From NCBI GenBank assembly GCA_964358005.1, contig CAYHNH010000003.1, positions 16,334 through 80,333 of the forward strand: a stretch of 64,000 nt of DNA. Direction: 5' to 3'. Position numbers and translations under genes: made by a program. The notes beneath the pieces were generated by a model, which was not told the origin of the DNA, did not search any database, and saw only the letters and a program-made list of their open reading frames with translations. Positions 1 through 9,387 of the stretch are shown here, piece by piece. The DNA is from an uncultured Candidatus Saccharibacteria bacterium. Lineage in GTDB: Bacteria; Patescibacteriota; Minisyncoccia; Phycocordibacterales; PALSA-1337. Numbering within the stretch: the stretch's first letter is position 1; every line of letters begins with the position of its first letter.

Positions 1-87
1 TTTGGAATATCTGAATCAGTTACAAATAGTGAATGGGCTACATACTACACGCCACTAAATATAACAGCCTACGTTGATGAAGAATGG

Positions 88-351
88 GTGGAAGATTTTA
101 AATCTTTGAGGGAGCATCGTAAAAAAGTTGATGAGGAGGTTAGGATAGAAAATGCTGAAAATCCTGAAAAAATAGCGAGATTGAAAAAAGAGTTTGGCAT
201 TACGGCTGTACCGACAAATGCAGATAAGACGCTGAGCGATAAAAGCGAAACATCTCAGTCTAAACCTGATAAGAAACAAATGAGTAGGAGAGTCAAAATA
301 ATAATAGGGGTAATTGTTATAGCCTTTATTTTAGCCGCTCTTTCTTCATAG
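88..351 (+). CDS. hypothetical small protein with C-terminal transmembrane segment
   Basis: 87-aa ORF; charged N-terminal half; hydrophobic C-terminus IIIGVIVIAFILAAL; no recognised domain. Confidence 0.3.
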   Translation: MEDFKSLREHRKKVDEEVRIENAENPEKIARLKKEFGITAVPTNADKTLSDKSETSQSKPDKKQMSRRVKIIIGVIVIAFILAALSS

Positions 352-370
352 ATCCTGACGATTTTCAATT

Positions 371-766
371 ATGACGAACTTTGCAAAAAATGTTCAAGAA
401 GCGACAGAAACTGAATTACTACTTTGGGTTAACACCCTTGATCCTAATTACACAAAGCTAGCATCGGATGAGTTGACTAGGCGCACCATAAAACGTCTTA
501 ATGAATCTGTTGATAAGAGCACGCTTCAAGCCAAAGAATCATCGGATGTCTCAGAAAGATTTACTGCCGCACTGTTCCTTCTCGCTGTTGCCCAACTACT
601 TGTAGCAGTTTTCCAACTGATCCTATCTTTTGTTTATCCAGACAATGAACAAGCTAGGGCGGCTTTGGGTATATTTATGGTAATTGCTACTGCCGTTATA
701 CTAACCTTCTTTGCCGGCAAGATATTCAAAGGGAAGCGGTCTAAAGCTAAATATGAAAAGAGTTAA
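371..766 (+). CDS. hypothetical membrane protein
   Basis: 131-aa ORF with two hydrophobic helices near the C-terminus; overlaps next gene start by 14 nt. Confidence 0.3.
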   Translation: MTNFAKNVQEATETELLLWVNTLDPNYTKLASDELTRRTIKRLNESVDKSTLQAKESSDVSERFTAALFLLAVAQLLVAVFQLILSFVYPDNEQARAALGIFMVIATAVILTFFAGKIFKGKRSKAKYEKS

Positions 767-1367
767 TAACCCCATAGAAACTGTAGATTTTGGAAAAACC
801 GTGATTCCAGAGAATCGCCTCAAATTTCTTGGCGATAAATGTGCTGAGGTGCTTAGTAAAGTCTCAGGGAATGTTATTGAAGTTGGTGTCTATAAAGGAG
901 GCACTCTCATTGAACTAGCTAAACAGGTAAGGGATGTCTGTCCGCAGTATAAGGTTTATGGAGTAGACACTTTTGAAGGTCATCCCTACGATGATGGCCA
1001 TCCAGTTCATCCTAAGGGTAAGTATGCGGATGTAAATATTACTGATCTTCAAGAGATAATCAAAAAGGAAGGCCTTAGTGAGTGGGTCGAGCTGATTCAA
1101 GGCAAGATCGAGGACGTTTTTGATTCCTTGCCGGCAAAAGAATTTGCGTTTGCCCACATCGATTGTGATCTCTACATACCAATAAAATTCTGTGCTACTC
1201 ACATTCCACCACATATTAAAAAAGGAGGAGTGATCTACTTTGATGATTATGGCCACGAGCATTGTCTTGGGGCTACAAAGGCTGTAGACGAGGTGTTTGC
1301 AAAGGCTGATATACATGAGGTATCGTTGAGTGACGGAACCTGTTGGTCAGGTTACATAAACCTCTAA
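753..1367 (+). CDS. TylF/MycF-family (macrocin-O-methyltransferase-like) class I SAM-dependent O-methyltransferase
   Basis: Start placed at ATG 753 because the ORF-track start at 711 is TTG. Motifs IEVGVYKGGTLIELAK and FAFAHIDCDLY with GGVIYFDDYGH match the TylF family. Confidence 0.6.
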   Translation: MKRVNNPIETVDFGKTVIPENRLKFLGDKCAEVLSKVSGNVIEVGVYKGGTLIELAKQVRDVCPQYKVYGVDTFEGHPYDDGHPVHPKGKYADVNITDLQEIIKKEGLSEWVELIQGKIEDVFDSLPAKEFAFAHIDCDLYIPIKFCATHIPPHIKKGGVIYFDDYGHEHCLGATKAVDEVFAKADIHEVSLSDGTCWSGYINL

Positions 1368-1369
1368 AT

Positions 1370-1852
1370 ATGGAACATAGTGCCATACTCACAAAAGAAC
1401 TTGTCCAAGAGGCGTATAAGCTGGTAGAAAAGGCTATTATCGACTTCCTTAAGGGTGATCATTCCAAGAAGGAATGGCTTCATGTGGTTGTTCTAGATCC
1501 GAGGGCTAAATTTGGCCAAGTTAAATATGAGGACGCCGTTCTCTTTGAGCATTCGATAAATCCTGATAAATGGGATTCCGATCTCAAGGATCGCGCACAC
1601 AAGAAGGCAATGGTTGCATGGGAACATGGAATGAATACCCACGATGTCCAGCAAAAACGCCCGTATCTTTTTAAGAAAGGTGATAACAAGTATGCCGGTG
1701 CTGTGGCTCATGAAGGCATCATCGTTTCTGTTGTAGCGATCCAATGGTACTTCGATGAACTTTTTGCAGAGTGGATCGCCGCCTCATGTCGCGCACTCGC
1801 GCTTGAAAAGATGGAGGCTATCATAAATGAGAAAGGAAGGCATTTTGTCTAA
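1370..1852 (+). CDS. hypothetical protein
   Basis: ORF-track start at 1343 is TTG; first ATG at 1370 lies directly after the upstream stop. No confident domain assignment. Confidence 0.4.
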   Translation: MEHSAILTKELVQEAYKLVEKAIIDFLKGDHSKKEWLHVVVLDPRAKFGQVKYEDAVLFEHSINPDKWDSDLKDRAHKKAMVAWEHGMNTHDVQQKRPYLFKKGDNKYAGAVAHEGIIVSVVAIQWYFDELFAEWIAASCRALALEKMEAIINEKGRHFV

Positions 1853-1855
1853 ATA

Positions 1856-3544
1856 ATGATCAAACTCGGACTTACATCCGGAATACATGATACTTCCGCA
1901 TCTCTTGTAATTGATGGGGTTATTGTTGCTGTTGGTGAGGAAGAGCGTTTCAATCGAAAGAAACATACGGGCGAATTTCCAGTAAATGCAATTCAGTTTT
2001 GTCTTGAGAGGGCTGGAATAAAGATAGGTGATGTAGATGAAGTGTGTGTTGGTATGAAATGGAGCGAGCGTGCCCAAGTGCGCTTGGATATGCGTATGAA
2101 ATTTGCCGATACCTCTGAGCTTAAAGAGCAAGTAAAAGCACAAGCAACCGAGGATATGAAAAGACACGACGAGGTTTCAAAGATCCTGACTGAGACGTTC
2201 GGCTATGCCGGCAAAATCACTTTTTATGACCATTATGATTGTCACGCCTCCTCTTGTTACTTTCCATCCGAATTTAACCATGCGGCTATCTTGATTCTCG
2301 ATGGAGCAGGTGAAAGAGCCTCTGCTCGGATATATAAAGCGACTGAAACAAAGCTAGAAAGCGTATTTCAGATCGATTACCCAAACTCCATAGGAAGATT
2401 TTACGGATGGATCACTGACTACTTGGGATTTCAAATAGATTGTGATGAGGGAAAGGTTATGGGTCTTGCATCATATGGCGACCTATCTCTGGTGGATCAG
2501 ATGAGTAAATTAGTTGCGATCAGTAAAGATGGGAGCTATCAACTGGACTATAGCTACTTCGGATTTATTCGTGACAATAGGCAAGGCTTCACCCCTAAAT
2601 TCTATGAAATGTTTGGGCCAAAACGAAACAAGAATGAAGAGATAACACAGCACCATATGAATGTCGCTCGTGCCGCTCAAGCAGCCTTGGAGGAGGTTGT
2701 GGTAGGTATGGTTAAGCTGGCAAAAGAGCTGACCGGAGAGGATAATCTATGCCTAAGCGGTGGCGTTGCTCTAAATAGCGTTGCAAATGGGAAGATCTTG
2801 GAATCTGGTCTATTCAAGAACATTTATATTTATCCGGCGGCCGGTGATGCCGGCACTGGTATAGGTGCGGCCTTATATGCCTATTACTCAGCTCAGAGTA
2901 ATAAAGTAACTCACCTTGAAAATCAGTCTGCCTATCTAGGATATGAATCGAATGATGGCGAGATCCTAAAAGCCTTAGCTAATAGCCAGCTAAAGTATTC
3001 AACCCCGACAAATCTTTATGAGGAAACAGCAAGTCTCCTTGTTCAAAACAAGGTTGTTGGTTGGTTTCAAGGTAGAGCAGAAGTCGGGCCAAGGGCGTTG
3101 GGTAACCGAAGCATACTTGCCAATCCTGCTCTTGCCGGCAATAAAGACAGAGTTAACAACAAGATTAAGTTCAGGGAATCATTCAGGCCGTTCGCTCCCA
3201 GCGTACTCAGTGAATATGCAAAGGAATATTTTGAGATGAGGGGTGCTGATTCGCCATACATGATTATGGCGTTCAACACTAAGGAAGATAAGAGAAATAA
3301 GATCCCAGCCGTTGTGCATGTGGATGGAAGCGCTAGAGTTCAGACTGTTACAAAAGAACAAAATGAGAAATACTTTGAGCTTATTGAAGAGTTTAATAGG
3401 CAATCGAGTATACCCATGCTTCTAAACACTTCGTTTAATAAAGCAGGCGAAGTGCTTGTGAACACCCCAGAACAGGCCATTGCCGCCTTTCTAGGATCAG
3501 AGTTGGACGTGCTTGTTATTGATAAATACCTAATACAAAAATGA
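1856..3544 (+). CDS. carbamoyltransferase, NodU/CmcH (NovN-like) family
   Basis: N-terminus MIKLGLTSGIHDTSASLVIDGVIVAVGEEERFNRKKHTGEFP is typical of the NodU/CmcH O-carbamoyltransferase family; 562 aa; ATG 4 nt after the upstream stop. Confidence 0.75.
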   Translation: MIKLGLTSGIHDTSASLVIDGVIVAVGEEERFNRKKHTGEFPVNAIQFCLERAGIKIGDVDEVCVGMKWSERAQVRLDMRMKFADTSELKEQVKAQATEDMKRHDEVSKILTETFGYAGKITFYDHYDCHASSCYFPSEFNHAAILILDGAGERASARIYKATETKLESVFQIDYPNSIGRFYGWITDYLGFQIDCDEGKVMGLASYGDLSLVDQMSKLVAISKDGSYQLDYSYFGFIRDNRQGFTPKFYEMFGPKRNKNEEITQHHMNVARAAQAALEEVVVGMVKLAKELTGEDNLCLSGGVALNSVANGKILESGLFKNIYIYPAAGDAGTGIGAALYAYYSAQSNKVTHLENQSAYLGYESNDGEILKALANSQLKYSTPTNLYEETASLLVQNKVVGWFQGRAEVGPRALGNRSILANPALAGNKDRVNNKIKFRESFRPFAPSVLSEYAKEYFEMRGADSPYMIMAFNTKEDKRNKIPAVVHVDGSARVQTVTKEQNEKYFELIEEFNRQSSIPMLLNTSFNKAGEVLVNTPEQAIAAFLGSELDVLVIDKYLIQK

Positions 3545-4155
3545 ATAAAAAGATTGTTATATTTGATTTTGACGGAGTGATCGTTGACTCGTTCTCGATG
3601 TGTCTCAAGATAGTTGATTCACGAGAATATATTACTGAACCAGAATACAGGCGTAGGTTTGAAGGTAATGTCTTTGATGCTAAAAGAAAATTCAAAGATC
3701 CGAATACGACTATGGAAAGCTTCGATCAACATTACGCTCCAGAGGTGATGAAGTGCGAGCCCTTTAAGGGCATGGCTGATGCAATCAAAGCACTATCTGA
3801 GAAATATATACTAGTGATAGTTTCATCTACGGAGACTGTTTCGATTGATTCGTATCTGAAGTCTGTAAACCTGAGGGATTACTTCAAAGAAATTCTAGGT
3901 AGTGATGTAGATAGGAGCAAGGTAAAGAAGATTCAGAGAGTTTTGAAGGATTACAAAGCTGAACCTACCGACGCCATTTTCATCACTGATACGCTAGGGG
4001 ACATCAATGAAGGCGATCATTGCGGCGTTAAATCTATTGCGGTTACTTGGGGTTATAACAATAAGGAGGTTCTGGAAAAAGGTAAACCGTATGCCATTGT
4101 GAAGGAGCCAGCAGAATTGACGCAGAAGGTTACGGAGTTCCTATCAAAGAAATAG
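3541..4155 (+). CDS. HAD-superfamily hydrolase
   Basis: N-terminal motif I VIFDFDGVIVDS; 204 aa; overlaps the carbamoyltransferase stop by 4 nt (ATGA coupling). Confidence 0.65.
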   Translation: MNKKIVIFDFDGVIVDSFSMCLKIVDSREYITEPEYRRRFEGNVFDAKRKFKDPNTTMESFDQHYAPEVMKCEPFKGMADAIKALSEKYILVIVSSTETVSIDSYLKSVNLRDYFKEILGSDVDRSKVKKIQRVLKDYKAEPTDAIFITDTLGDINEGDHCGVKSIAVTWGYNNKEVLEKGKPYAIVKEPAELTQKVTEFLSKK

Positions 4156-4256
4156 GCTCTTGTATGGCTCTAAACTGATGCCATTCCTGCATTTCCTTGA
4201 TTAATTGATTCCATTCAGCTCTAATTAGGGTCACATAATTTTAGCAACAAATAAAT

Positions 4257-4871
4257 ATGAATAAATACATTATAGGCGTATGTCTCGTTATTCTGGTTAT
4301 TGTCGGGGCGGTATACTTCTCGAAGAATAAAGATTTAAATGGTACCGGTAGCGACCCGCTTCTTGCGGGGGATGCAGTTTTAAAGGCGATCAAGGACGCA
4401 GATTACCAAAAACTTGAAAGTCTGACGAGCTCTGACGGGTTATCTTGGGATCACTACATAAACCTTGATCTTAAGGATTCGAAATATCATATTCCCAAAG
4501 ACCGGATTTCCTCAACTTTCACAAACTCTGAAAAACGTCTTTTTGGGTATGCGGATGGAAGCGGTGCCCCGATCGTGATAACGGGCAACGAGTACATGAA
4601 AAAATATGTGTATCGGCACGACTACCTGGACGCAACAAACACAAAGGTGACCATTATTAAGCCTTCTGTGGACATCACTAATGAGCAGGACAAATTTGTC
4701 ATGAGCCAAATGAATCTGTATGGTGGCATCGGCTCGAGAATCGTCACTGCGCACCACTATGCTGATCCCGCGGCCAACGATTTTGACTACAGCACCATTT
4801 ACCTCGTCTTTGATACCGAGAATGGGGAATATAAGCTAAGAGGGATTGCTCGCTACTACTGGACTATCTAG
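4257..4871 (+). CDS. hypothetical N-terminally membrane-anchored/secreted protein
   Basis: N-terminal hydrophobic helix IIGVCLVILVIVGAVYF followed by a soluble domain; no recognised family. Confidence 0.4.
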   Translation: MNKYIIGVCLVILVIVGAVYFSKNKDLNGTGSDPLLAGDAVLKAIKDADYQKLESLTSSDGLSWDHYINLDLKDSKYHIPKDRISSTFTNSEKRLFGYADGSGAPIVITGNEYMKKYVYRHDYLDATNTKVTIIKPSVDITNEQDKFVMSQMNLYGGIGSRIVTAHHYADPAANDFDYSTIYLVFDTENGEYKLRGIARYYWTI

Positions 4872-4882
4872 TACCCGCTGAC

Positions 4883-5257
4883 TCACTTCTTATAAACAGG
4901 CCCATGGCCTCTGATCTTCTTGAGCAGTTCGGCAGCTTCGTCATAGAGGGACATGCCTTGGAACATCTTACTGCCAGAGGAACTACATATCTCTAATAGC
5001 TCATCTATAGCTTCTCCGGTAAAGCCGGCCTCATGGAAGACGCTAGCCTTGCGCATAGTCCACCTGATACCGGCGACGGCGGCGGCTCGTGACCCTTCAG
5101 ATTCATATATAGCATCGATCTCAGACTGCGCCTGGAGCAGCCAACGCTCATAGACCTCCCTAGAATACGGGTCGGATTCGAGCTTGGGCAGTGCCTCGAC
5201 GGCTTCTTGGTCGGTTACCTGCCAATGCTCCGGGGCTGGCCCTGATTCGCCTTTCAT
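4883..5257 (-). CDS. hypothetical protein
   Basis: Track ORF starts at TTG 5296; first ATG gives MKGESGP... at 5257. No recognised domain. Confidence 0.3.
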   Translation of the reverse strand: MKGESGPAPEHWQVTDQEAVEALPKLESDPYSREVYERWLLQAQSEIDAIYESEGSRAAAVAGIRWTMRKASVFHEAGFTGEAIDELLEICSSSGSKMFQGMSLYDEAAELLKKIRGHGPVYKK

Positions 5258-5398
5258 AGTGCAAATATAGCATAATTTCGAAAAGTTGACACTCAAACCG
5301 TTTCATGTTACTTTATTTCCATATTAGCTGTTTTGAAAATGCAAAAATGGGCCTAGAAATACGCCTATCAAACTTCAACCCAAAGAGGAGATCCCTAT

Positions 5399-6358
5399 AT
5401 GGTCAGTGTAAGACTGCGCCGTAGATACGGTTTGCCTCTCGAAGGCGAAACCGGTCTCGATGCCCATCATGAAAGATTACTTTGTCATCTAGACGCCCGT
5501 CATACGGTCGAGGAAATGAGAGAGCTGGTCGCACAGTTTGAAGGGTTTAGATCGCTCGTTATGGCCGTTGATCAGTCGAATGGCAAGTCTGGAGTCCCAG
5601 CGTTAAGGCCTCAGGTGACGTCTGTCCAGAACGAGCAGCTCAATGGTCACTCCCACCGGATCGATGACTCCTATGTGCGCGAGAAATACAAACTGCCTCC
5701 TTCGGGGCCGTTAAGTCTGAATCGGGAGAGGATCGATAAGCTGATCTATTTGGAGCGAAACATCCAAGCTTACCAAAACGACCCCAAGATGGCCGGAGCG
5801 ATCAGAGACTGGCGTCAATTGATGCGGGGTATTCTGGCAGAACAGCGTTTCGTATCTGCCTGGACACACGATAATTTTTGTCAGCCCGGTGTAAAACTAG
5901 TCAGAGGAGCGACACTCCGTGAAGACACGGTCGACAAGGCTGATGCCATTATGGAACTTGTCGATGGCAGAATTTGGAAATTCCAGGTGAAGACTGGCCG
6001 TCAGGGCAGTTTTGAGGAGTTTGCCAGAATTGGGGTAGTGCTGGTTAGAACCAAGTATGATTATACTCCCGTCCAGATTCGGGCTGCCGCCATACGGGCC
6101 ATGTTTGATTATCTTGAGTTCAAGAAGAGCCTGATCCCGCTACCACTATATCTCGATGATGCCGAAACCGGAATCAAGATCGAACTTTCGTGGGCAGCAT
6201 TACAGCCGCAGTTTCGTAACCTGCCGCTATCTGATGTTTCCTTTGCCCACTTGAACGCACGCGCCCAGGAGGTCGTCCGATCCTACGGCAAGGCTACCCT
6301 TGCCTGCCAAGTCACAACGCCGCATGGAGCTACCCAGGTCATCCACGCCCCGAAATAG
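5399..6358 (+). CDS. hypothetical protein (319 aa)
   Basis: Long ORF with protein-like composition, divergent from the 4883-5257 gene; no recognised domain. Confidence 0.4.
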   Translation: MVSVRLRRRYGLPLEGETGLDAHHERLLCHLDARHTVEEMRELVAQFEGFRSLVMAVDQSNGKSGVPALRPQVTSVQNEQLNGHSHRIDDSYVREKYKLPPSGPLSLNRERIDKLIYLERNIQAYQNDPKMAGAIRDWRQLMRGILAEQRFVSAWTHDNFCQPGVKLVRGATLREDTVDKADAIMELVDGRIWKFQVKTGRQGSFEEFARIGVVLVRTKYDYTPVQIRAAAIRAMFDYLEFKKSLIPLPLYLDDAETGIKIELSWAALQPQFRNLPLSDVSFAHLNARAQEVVRSYGKATLACQVTTPHGATQVIHAPK

Positions 6359-6410
6359 TCGGGGCTTTTTTGTACGCAAAACCATTATACCAGGCCATAT
6401 CTGCAGGTAG

Positions 6411-6440
6411 TTGACAAACGCAGTCAAACTATGCTAGTAT
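6411..6440 (+). promoter_or_regulatory. candidate sigma70-type promoter of the cold-shock gene (TTGACA-N18-TGcTAGTAT extended -10)
   Basis: TTGACA at 6411-6416; TGc-TAGTAT at 6432-6440; about 58-nt leader before the csp ATG, consistent with long csp 5'UTRs. Confidence 0.4.
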
Positions 6441-6498
6441 GGACACTTCAAGAAGCGGAGTCGAATTCTTTGAAGTTAAAACTAAAGACAAAATCAAA

Positions 6499-6699
6499 AT
6501 GATGCAGGGAACGATCAAGACCCTTACGGATCGAGGATTCGGTTTCATCGCTCGCGAAGGCGAGACGAAGGACCTTTTCTTCCATTCGAAGGATCTGCAG
6601 GGTGTGGCTTTCGACAGCCTCCAGCAGGGTCAGGCAGTGTCATTCGAGGTTGTTGACGGTCCGAAGGGCCCTTCAGCCAAGAATGTTAAGCTCGCCTAA
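6499..6699 (+). CDS. cspA: cold-shock protein (CspA family)
   Basis: MMQGTIKTLTDRGFGFIAREGETKDLFFH...GQAVSFEVVDGPKGPSAKNV matches the CspA RNP1/RNP2 pattern; start taken at ATG 6499 rather than the upstream in-frame ATG 6439. Confidence 0.8.
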   Translation: MMQGTIKTLTDRGFGFIAREGETKDLFFHSKDLQGVAFDSLQQGQAVSFEVVDGPKGPSAKNVKLA

Positions 6700-6721
6700 C
6701 TAGTCAAGCTCGCAAGAGCGG

Positions 6722-6750
6722 AAAAAACACCCCGAAAGGGGTGTTTTTTC
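6722..6750. terminator. bidirectional rho-independent terminator
   Basis: aaaaaACACCCCgaaaGGGGTGTttttttc: 7-bp GC stem with GAAA tetraloop flanked by an A-tract and a T-tract, between convergent csp (+) and 6752-8281 (-). Confidence 0.6.
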
Positions 6751-6751
6751 T

Positions 6752-8281
6752 TTATCGCCCATAGACCGTTATGAAGCTCGGGGCGGAGTAGTATTTCCCT
6801 GAGGGTTTTTTGGCGAATACGCCGATATCTATCCTCTGCCTTGCTTCTTGTACCAAGAATCGGATGGTTGCAGTGGTTGGATCAGCTGGGTCGATAGTCA
6901 TCGCGACTGTGGAAGCATCGCTATTCAGGACTCTCCATTCGAATACATATCCCGCAGTCGAGCCGGTGATGTCTATGGCCTCCGCAGAGACTTTAATAGT
7001 CCTAGAGGCTGTCCCTGACTGAACGCTCCGTGCTATAGCCGCCGGCGTGGTAAAGAGCCTCTCGTCTCCGGTAAAATCTTCGCTCGCTATCCTGAGCCTG
7101 ACAAGCGGAGGGATGTCTGCGGCGGTAAGCTCATTGGCCAGGCGCACCAGCTTGGCCGAATCATAATTCGGCTGGGGCAGGCCGTTCAGTAGATAGTGCG
7201 CGCGCTCTGTATTCTCGTGAGCTATAGAGCCTAGATAGTCTGATTCACTGTTGATTGACCTATGCGCGTGGCGGATCGCCATCTGGAGAGTGGGCATCAG
7301 TAACTGACTATTCGTGAGGGCACGCTTCACGTCGGGTTTGAATGCTGCCAGGCCTGCCATCGCTATCTTCACGAATGGCAGATCGCTCCCGGAAGCGTCG
7401 TGTCTGTAGTAATTGCTGCCGTCCTTACCATAATCTTCGGAACTGATGACGTAGGGGGTGTTGGCTATGTTGTCATCAGTGGACTCGATGAGAGAAGGGT
7501 ATATGTAGAGATTGTTGCGCGTGTATTGCTCATATAGCGCGTCCGCACCGGCCTGCGTCTTGTAGATGGCATAGGCGATGCTGTGCTTCACGCTGCCGCT
7601 AGTCTCGCCTGCGTAGGATGCTTGGCCCACTGTTATACCCGGTCGCACCCCCGTGGCACGCCCGGCTCCTCCGGAAAGTTGCCACTGGTGCTGGGGGAAC
7701 AGCCTGTTGGCGGCGGGGCATTCGGGATTCGGTGTCCAGCCGTCGCATAGGTTCACATGGAGTCCATCACGGTTCTCATATGTATCGCTGGAATTACCAG
7801 CGGCTTTGCCCTGGGCGTAGAGGGTATTGAGCAAGTCGCAGGCTTCCTTCGAAATGACACGCGAGCTGTCGAGGCCGTCAGGGCCTATGAGAGCAGTGTT
7901 GCAGACAGTTCCTATTTGAGGTACTGGAGTAGGGGGAATAGGCTGAGAGATGGGGGGTATGTTTGGAGGTCCTGCAACGACGAGTGATGTTTGAGCCTGC
8001 ATCCTGGAAGCCAGCAGTGCCCGAGTGAGAGGTCCGACAACGCCTACCTGGGGCAGGCCATTTGCCCGTTGGAGCCGGGTGACTGCAGCTTTCGTCAGTA
8101 AACCGAAATAGCCTGTGACCAGGCCTTCGGGGTAGATATTAGCATCGCGTGCCAGGAATGACTGCAGGATGCGCACTTGGTCGCCTCGCGAGCCGAGCGA
8201 AAGGGGAGATGTGATTGACTGGGCACCAGCCATGCCGGTGAATGCCAGGAAAAGCGCCACGGTCAAAAAAAGAGTCTTCAT
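6752..8281 (-). CDS. secreted protein with N-terminal peptidoglycan-binding (PG_binding_1-like) domain
   Basis: Signal peptide MKTLFLTVALFLAFTGMAGA; RGDQVRILQSFLA...GYFGLLTKAAVTRLQRANGL resembles the PG-binding domain; 509 aa; rest unassigned. Confidence 0.5.
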   Translation of the reverse strand: MKTLFLTVALFLAFTGMAGAQSITSPLSLGSRGDQVRILQSFLARDANIYPEGLVTGYFGLLTKAAVTRLQRANGLPQVGVVGPLTRALLASRMQAQTSLVVAGPPNIPPISQPIPPTPVPQIGTVCNTALIGPDGLDSSRVISKEACDLLNTLYAQGKAAGNSSDTYENRDGLHVNLCDGWTPNPECPAANRLFPQHQWQLSGGAGRATGVRPGITVGQASYAGETSGSVKHSIAYAIYKTQAGADALYEQYTRNNLYIYPSLIESTDDNIANTPYVISSEDYGKDGSNYYRHDASGSDLPFVKIAMAGLAAFKPDVKRALTNSQLLMPTLQMAIRHAHRSINSESDYLGSIAHENTERAHYLLNGLPQPNYDSAKLVRLANELTAADIPPLVRLRIASEDFTGDERLFTTPAAIARSVQSGTASRTIKVSAEAIDITGSTAGYVFEWRVLNSDASTVAMTIDPADPTTATIRFLVQEARQRIDIGVFAKKPSGKYYSAPSFITVYGR

Positions 8282-8311
8282 ACATATATAGACGGATGTG
8301 GCGGCTTAATC

Positions 8312-8331
8312 TGTGCGCGATAAGGGACTCG
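8312..8331. repeat. 20-bp direct copy of the tRNA-Val 3' end (tgtgcgcgataagggactcg)
   Basis: Identical 20-mer at 8312-8331 and 8467-8486; the latter covers the 3' acceptor/T-arm end of tRNA-Val. Confidence 0.55.
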
Positions 8332-8467
8332 GTCACGGGTCCTCGCCTGCTGGCTCGGCCCGCGACCCCGCCTCGCTCGCCTTCGCGAGCTCCGGCCTTC
8401 TCGCCCCTTATCGCATCCCAATGATGCTCCATTCGGATAGCATTCCAGCTATCCTCATGGATCATTG

Positions 8468-8540
8468 TGCGCGATAAGGGACTCGAACCCCTGGCCTACC
8501 CCACGTCAAGGGGTCGCTCTACCAACTGAGCTAATCGCGC
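8468..8540 (-). tRNA. tRNA-Val (anticodon GAC)
   Basis: Manual cloverleaf: acceptor GCGCGAT/ATCGCGC, D-arm GCTC-AGTTGGTA-GAGC, anticodon loop TTGACGT, T-loop TTCGAGT; 73 nt, no encoded CCA. Confidence 0.85.
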
Positions 8541-8615
8541 GATTCACTTGCAGAACGACGATAACTCTAACAAAAAAATCCTGGAAAATCCACTTTTACC
8601 ACAAGCTTAAATTAG

Positions 8616-8687
8616 TAGCCCCACGGGGAATCGAACCCCGATTACTGCCTTGAAAAGGCAATGTCCTAACCGTTAGACGATGGGGCC
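8616..8687 (-). tRNA. tRNA-Glu (anticodon TTC)
   Basis: Manual cloverleaf: acceptor GGCCCCA with G1-U72, anticodon loop TTTTCAA, T-loop TTCGATT; 72 nt. Confidence 0.8.
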
Positions 8688-8773
8688 AGACCAGAAAACG
8701 ATAACATCTTTTTGTAAAATCCGCAAAAAATGCTAGAGTGTAGCGCATTCAGGGGCGCTAGGGCTCTTGATCA

Positions 8774-8860
8774 TGGAGAGGTGGCAGAGTGGTCTAATGC
8801 ACCACTTTCGAAAAGTGGCAGAGGCGCAAGCTTCTCGGGAGTTCGAATCTCCCCCTCTCC
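8774..8860 (+). tRNA. tRNA-Ser (anticodon CGA), long variable arm
   Basis: Acceptor GGAGAGG/CCTCTCC, anticodon stem-loop CCACT-TTCGAAA-AGTGG, long variable arm, T-loop TTCGAAT; 87 nt. Confidence 0.85.
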
Positions 8861-8868
8861 GCAAAAAA

Positions 8869-9306
8869 ATGAAGATATATCACTACAGCTCGCCCTGCAA
8901 TCTACCATTTAGCTTTGCTAGACACCATTGGTTCGTCATCGAGAAGGATGGCAGGCTCTCAAGATGGGAGATTCTCTTTAGGAATAATTCCCGTAAGGCA
9001 GGCTGGGGCCATCTGCATCTAGGCGCATTCAAGCCCTTTCAGGGCATTGAGGTGCTTCCTTTCAGTACCAAATACTCTTGGGGATCCAAGCTCATTGAAT
9101 CTGTCGTCGGTGACAGTCAGGAGATCAGGGACGCGGCTGAACTCATAGAAAATTCTGTCATCACCTACCCGCATAAGGAGAAATACGGGCTGCTCGGACC
9201 TAACAGCAATACGTATGCGCAATGGGTGCTCGATAATTGCCATCTCTTCAAGAAAAAATTGTCCTGGAATTCATTCGGCAAGGGATTCAAGTCAGATAGC
9301 CTGTAA
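8869..9306 (+). CDS. hypothetical protein (possibly DUF3750-like)
   Basis: The ORF-track N-terminus overlaps tRNA-Ser, so start taken at ATG 8869 (MKIYHYSS...). HHWFVIEKDG...GPNSNTYAQWVL motif; family assignment uncertain. Confidence 0.4.
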   Translation: MKIYHYSSPCNLPFSFARHHWFVIEKDGRLSRWEILFRNNSRKAGWGHLHLGAFKPFQGIEVLPFSTKYSWGSKLIESVVGDSQEIRDAAELIENSVITYPHKEKYGLLGPNSNTYAQWVLDNCHLFKKKLSWNSFGKGFKSDSL

Positions 9307-9387
9307 CTATTTTTAGTGTACGTCGTCTTATGACATGCGTGGTTTTTTGAGCGCATTATCAGATTATCAACTAACTAAAACAAACAT

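Noticed and set aside
8730-8912. 60-aa ORF, and the 5' part of ORF 8767-9306
   Set aside because: They overlap the tRNA-Ser gene (8774-8860). The downstream protein more plausibly starts at ATG 8869.
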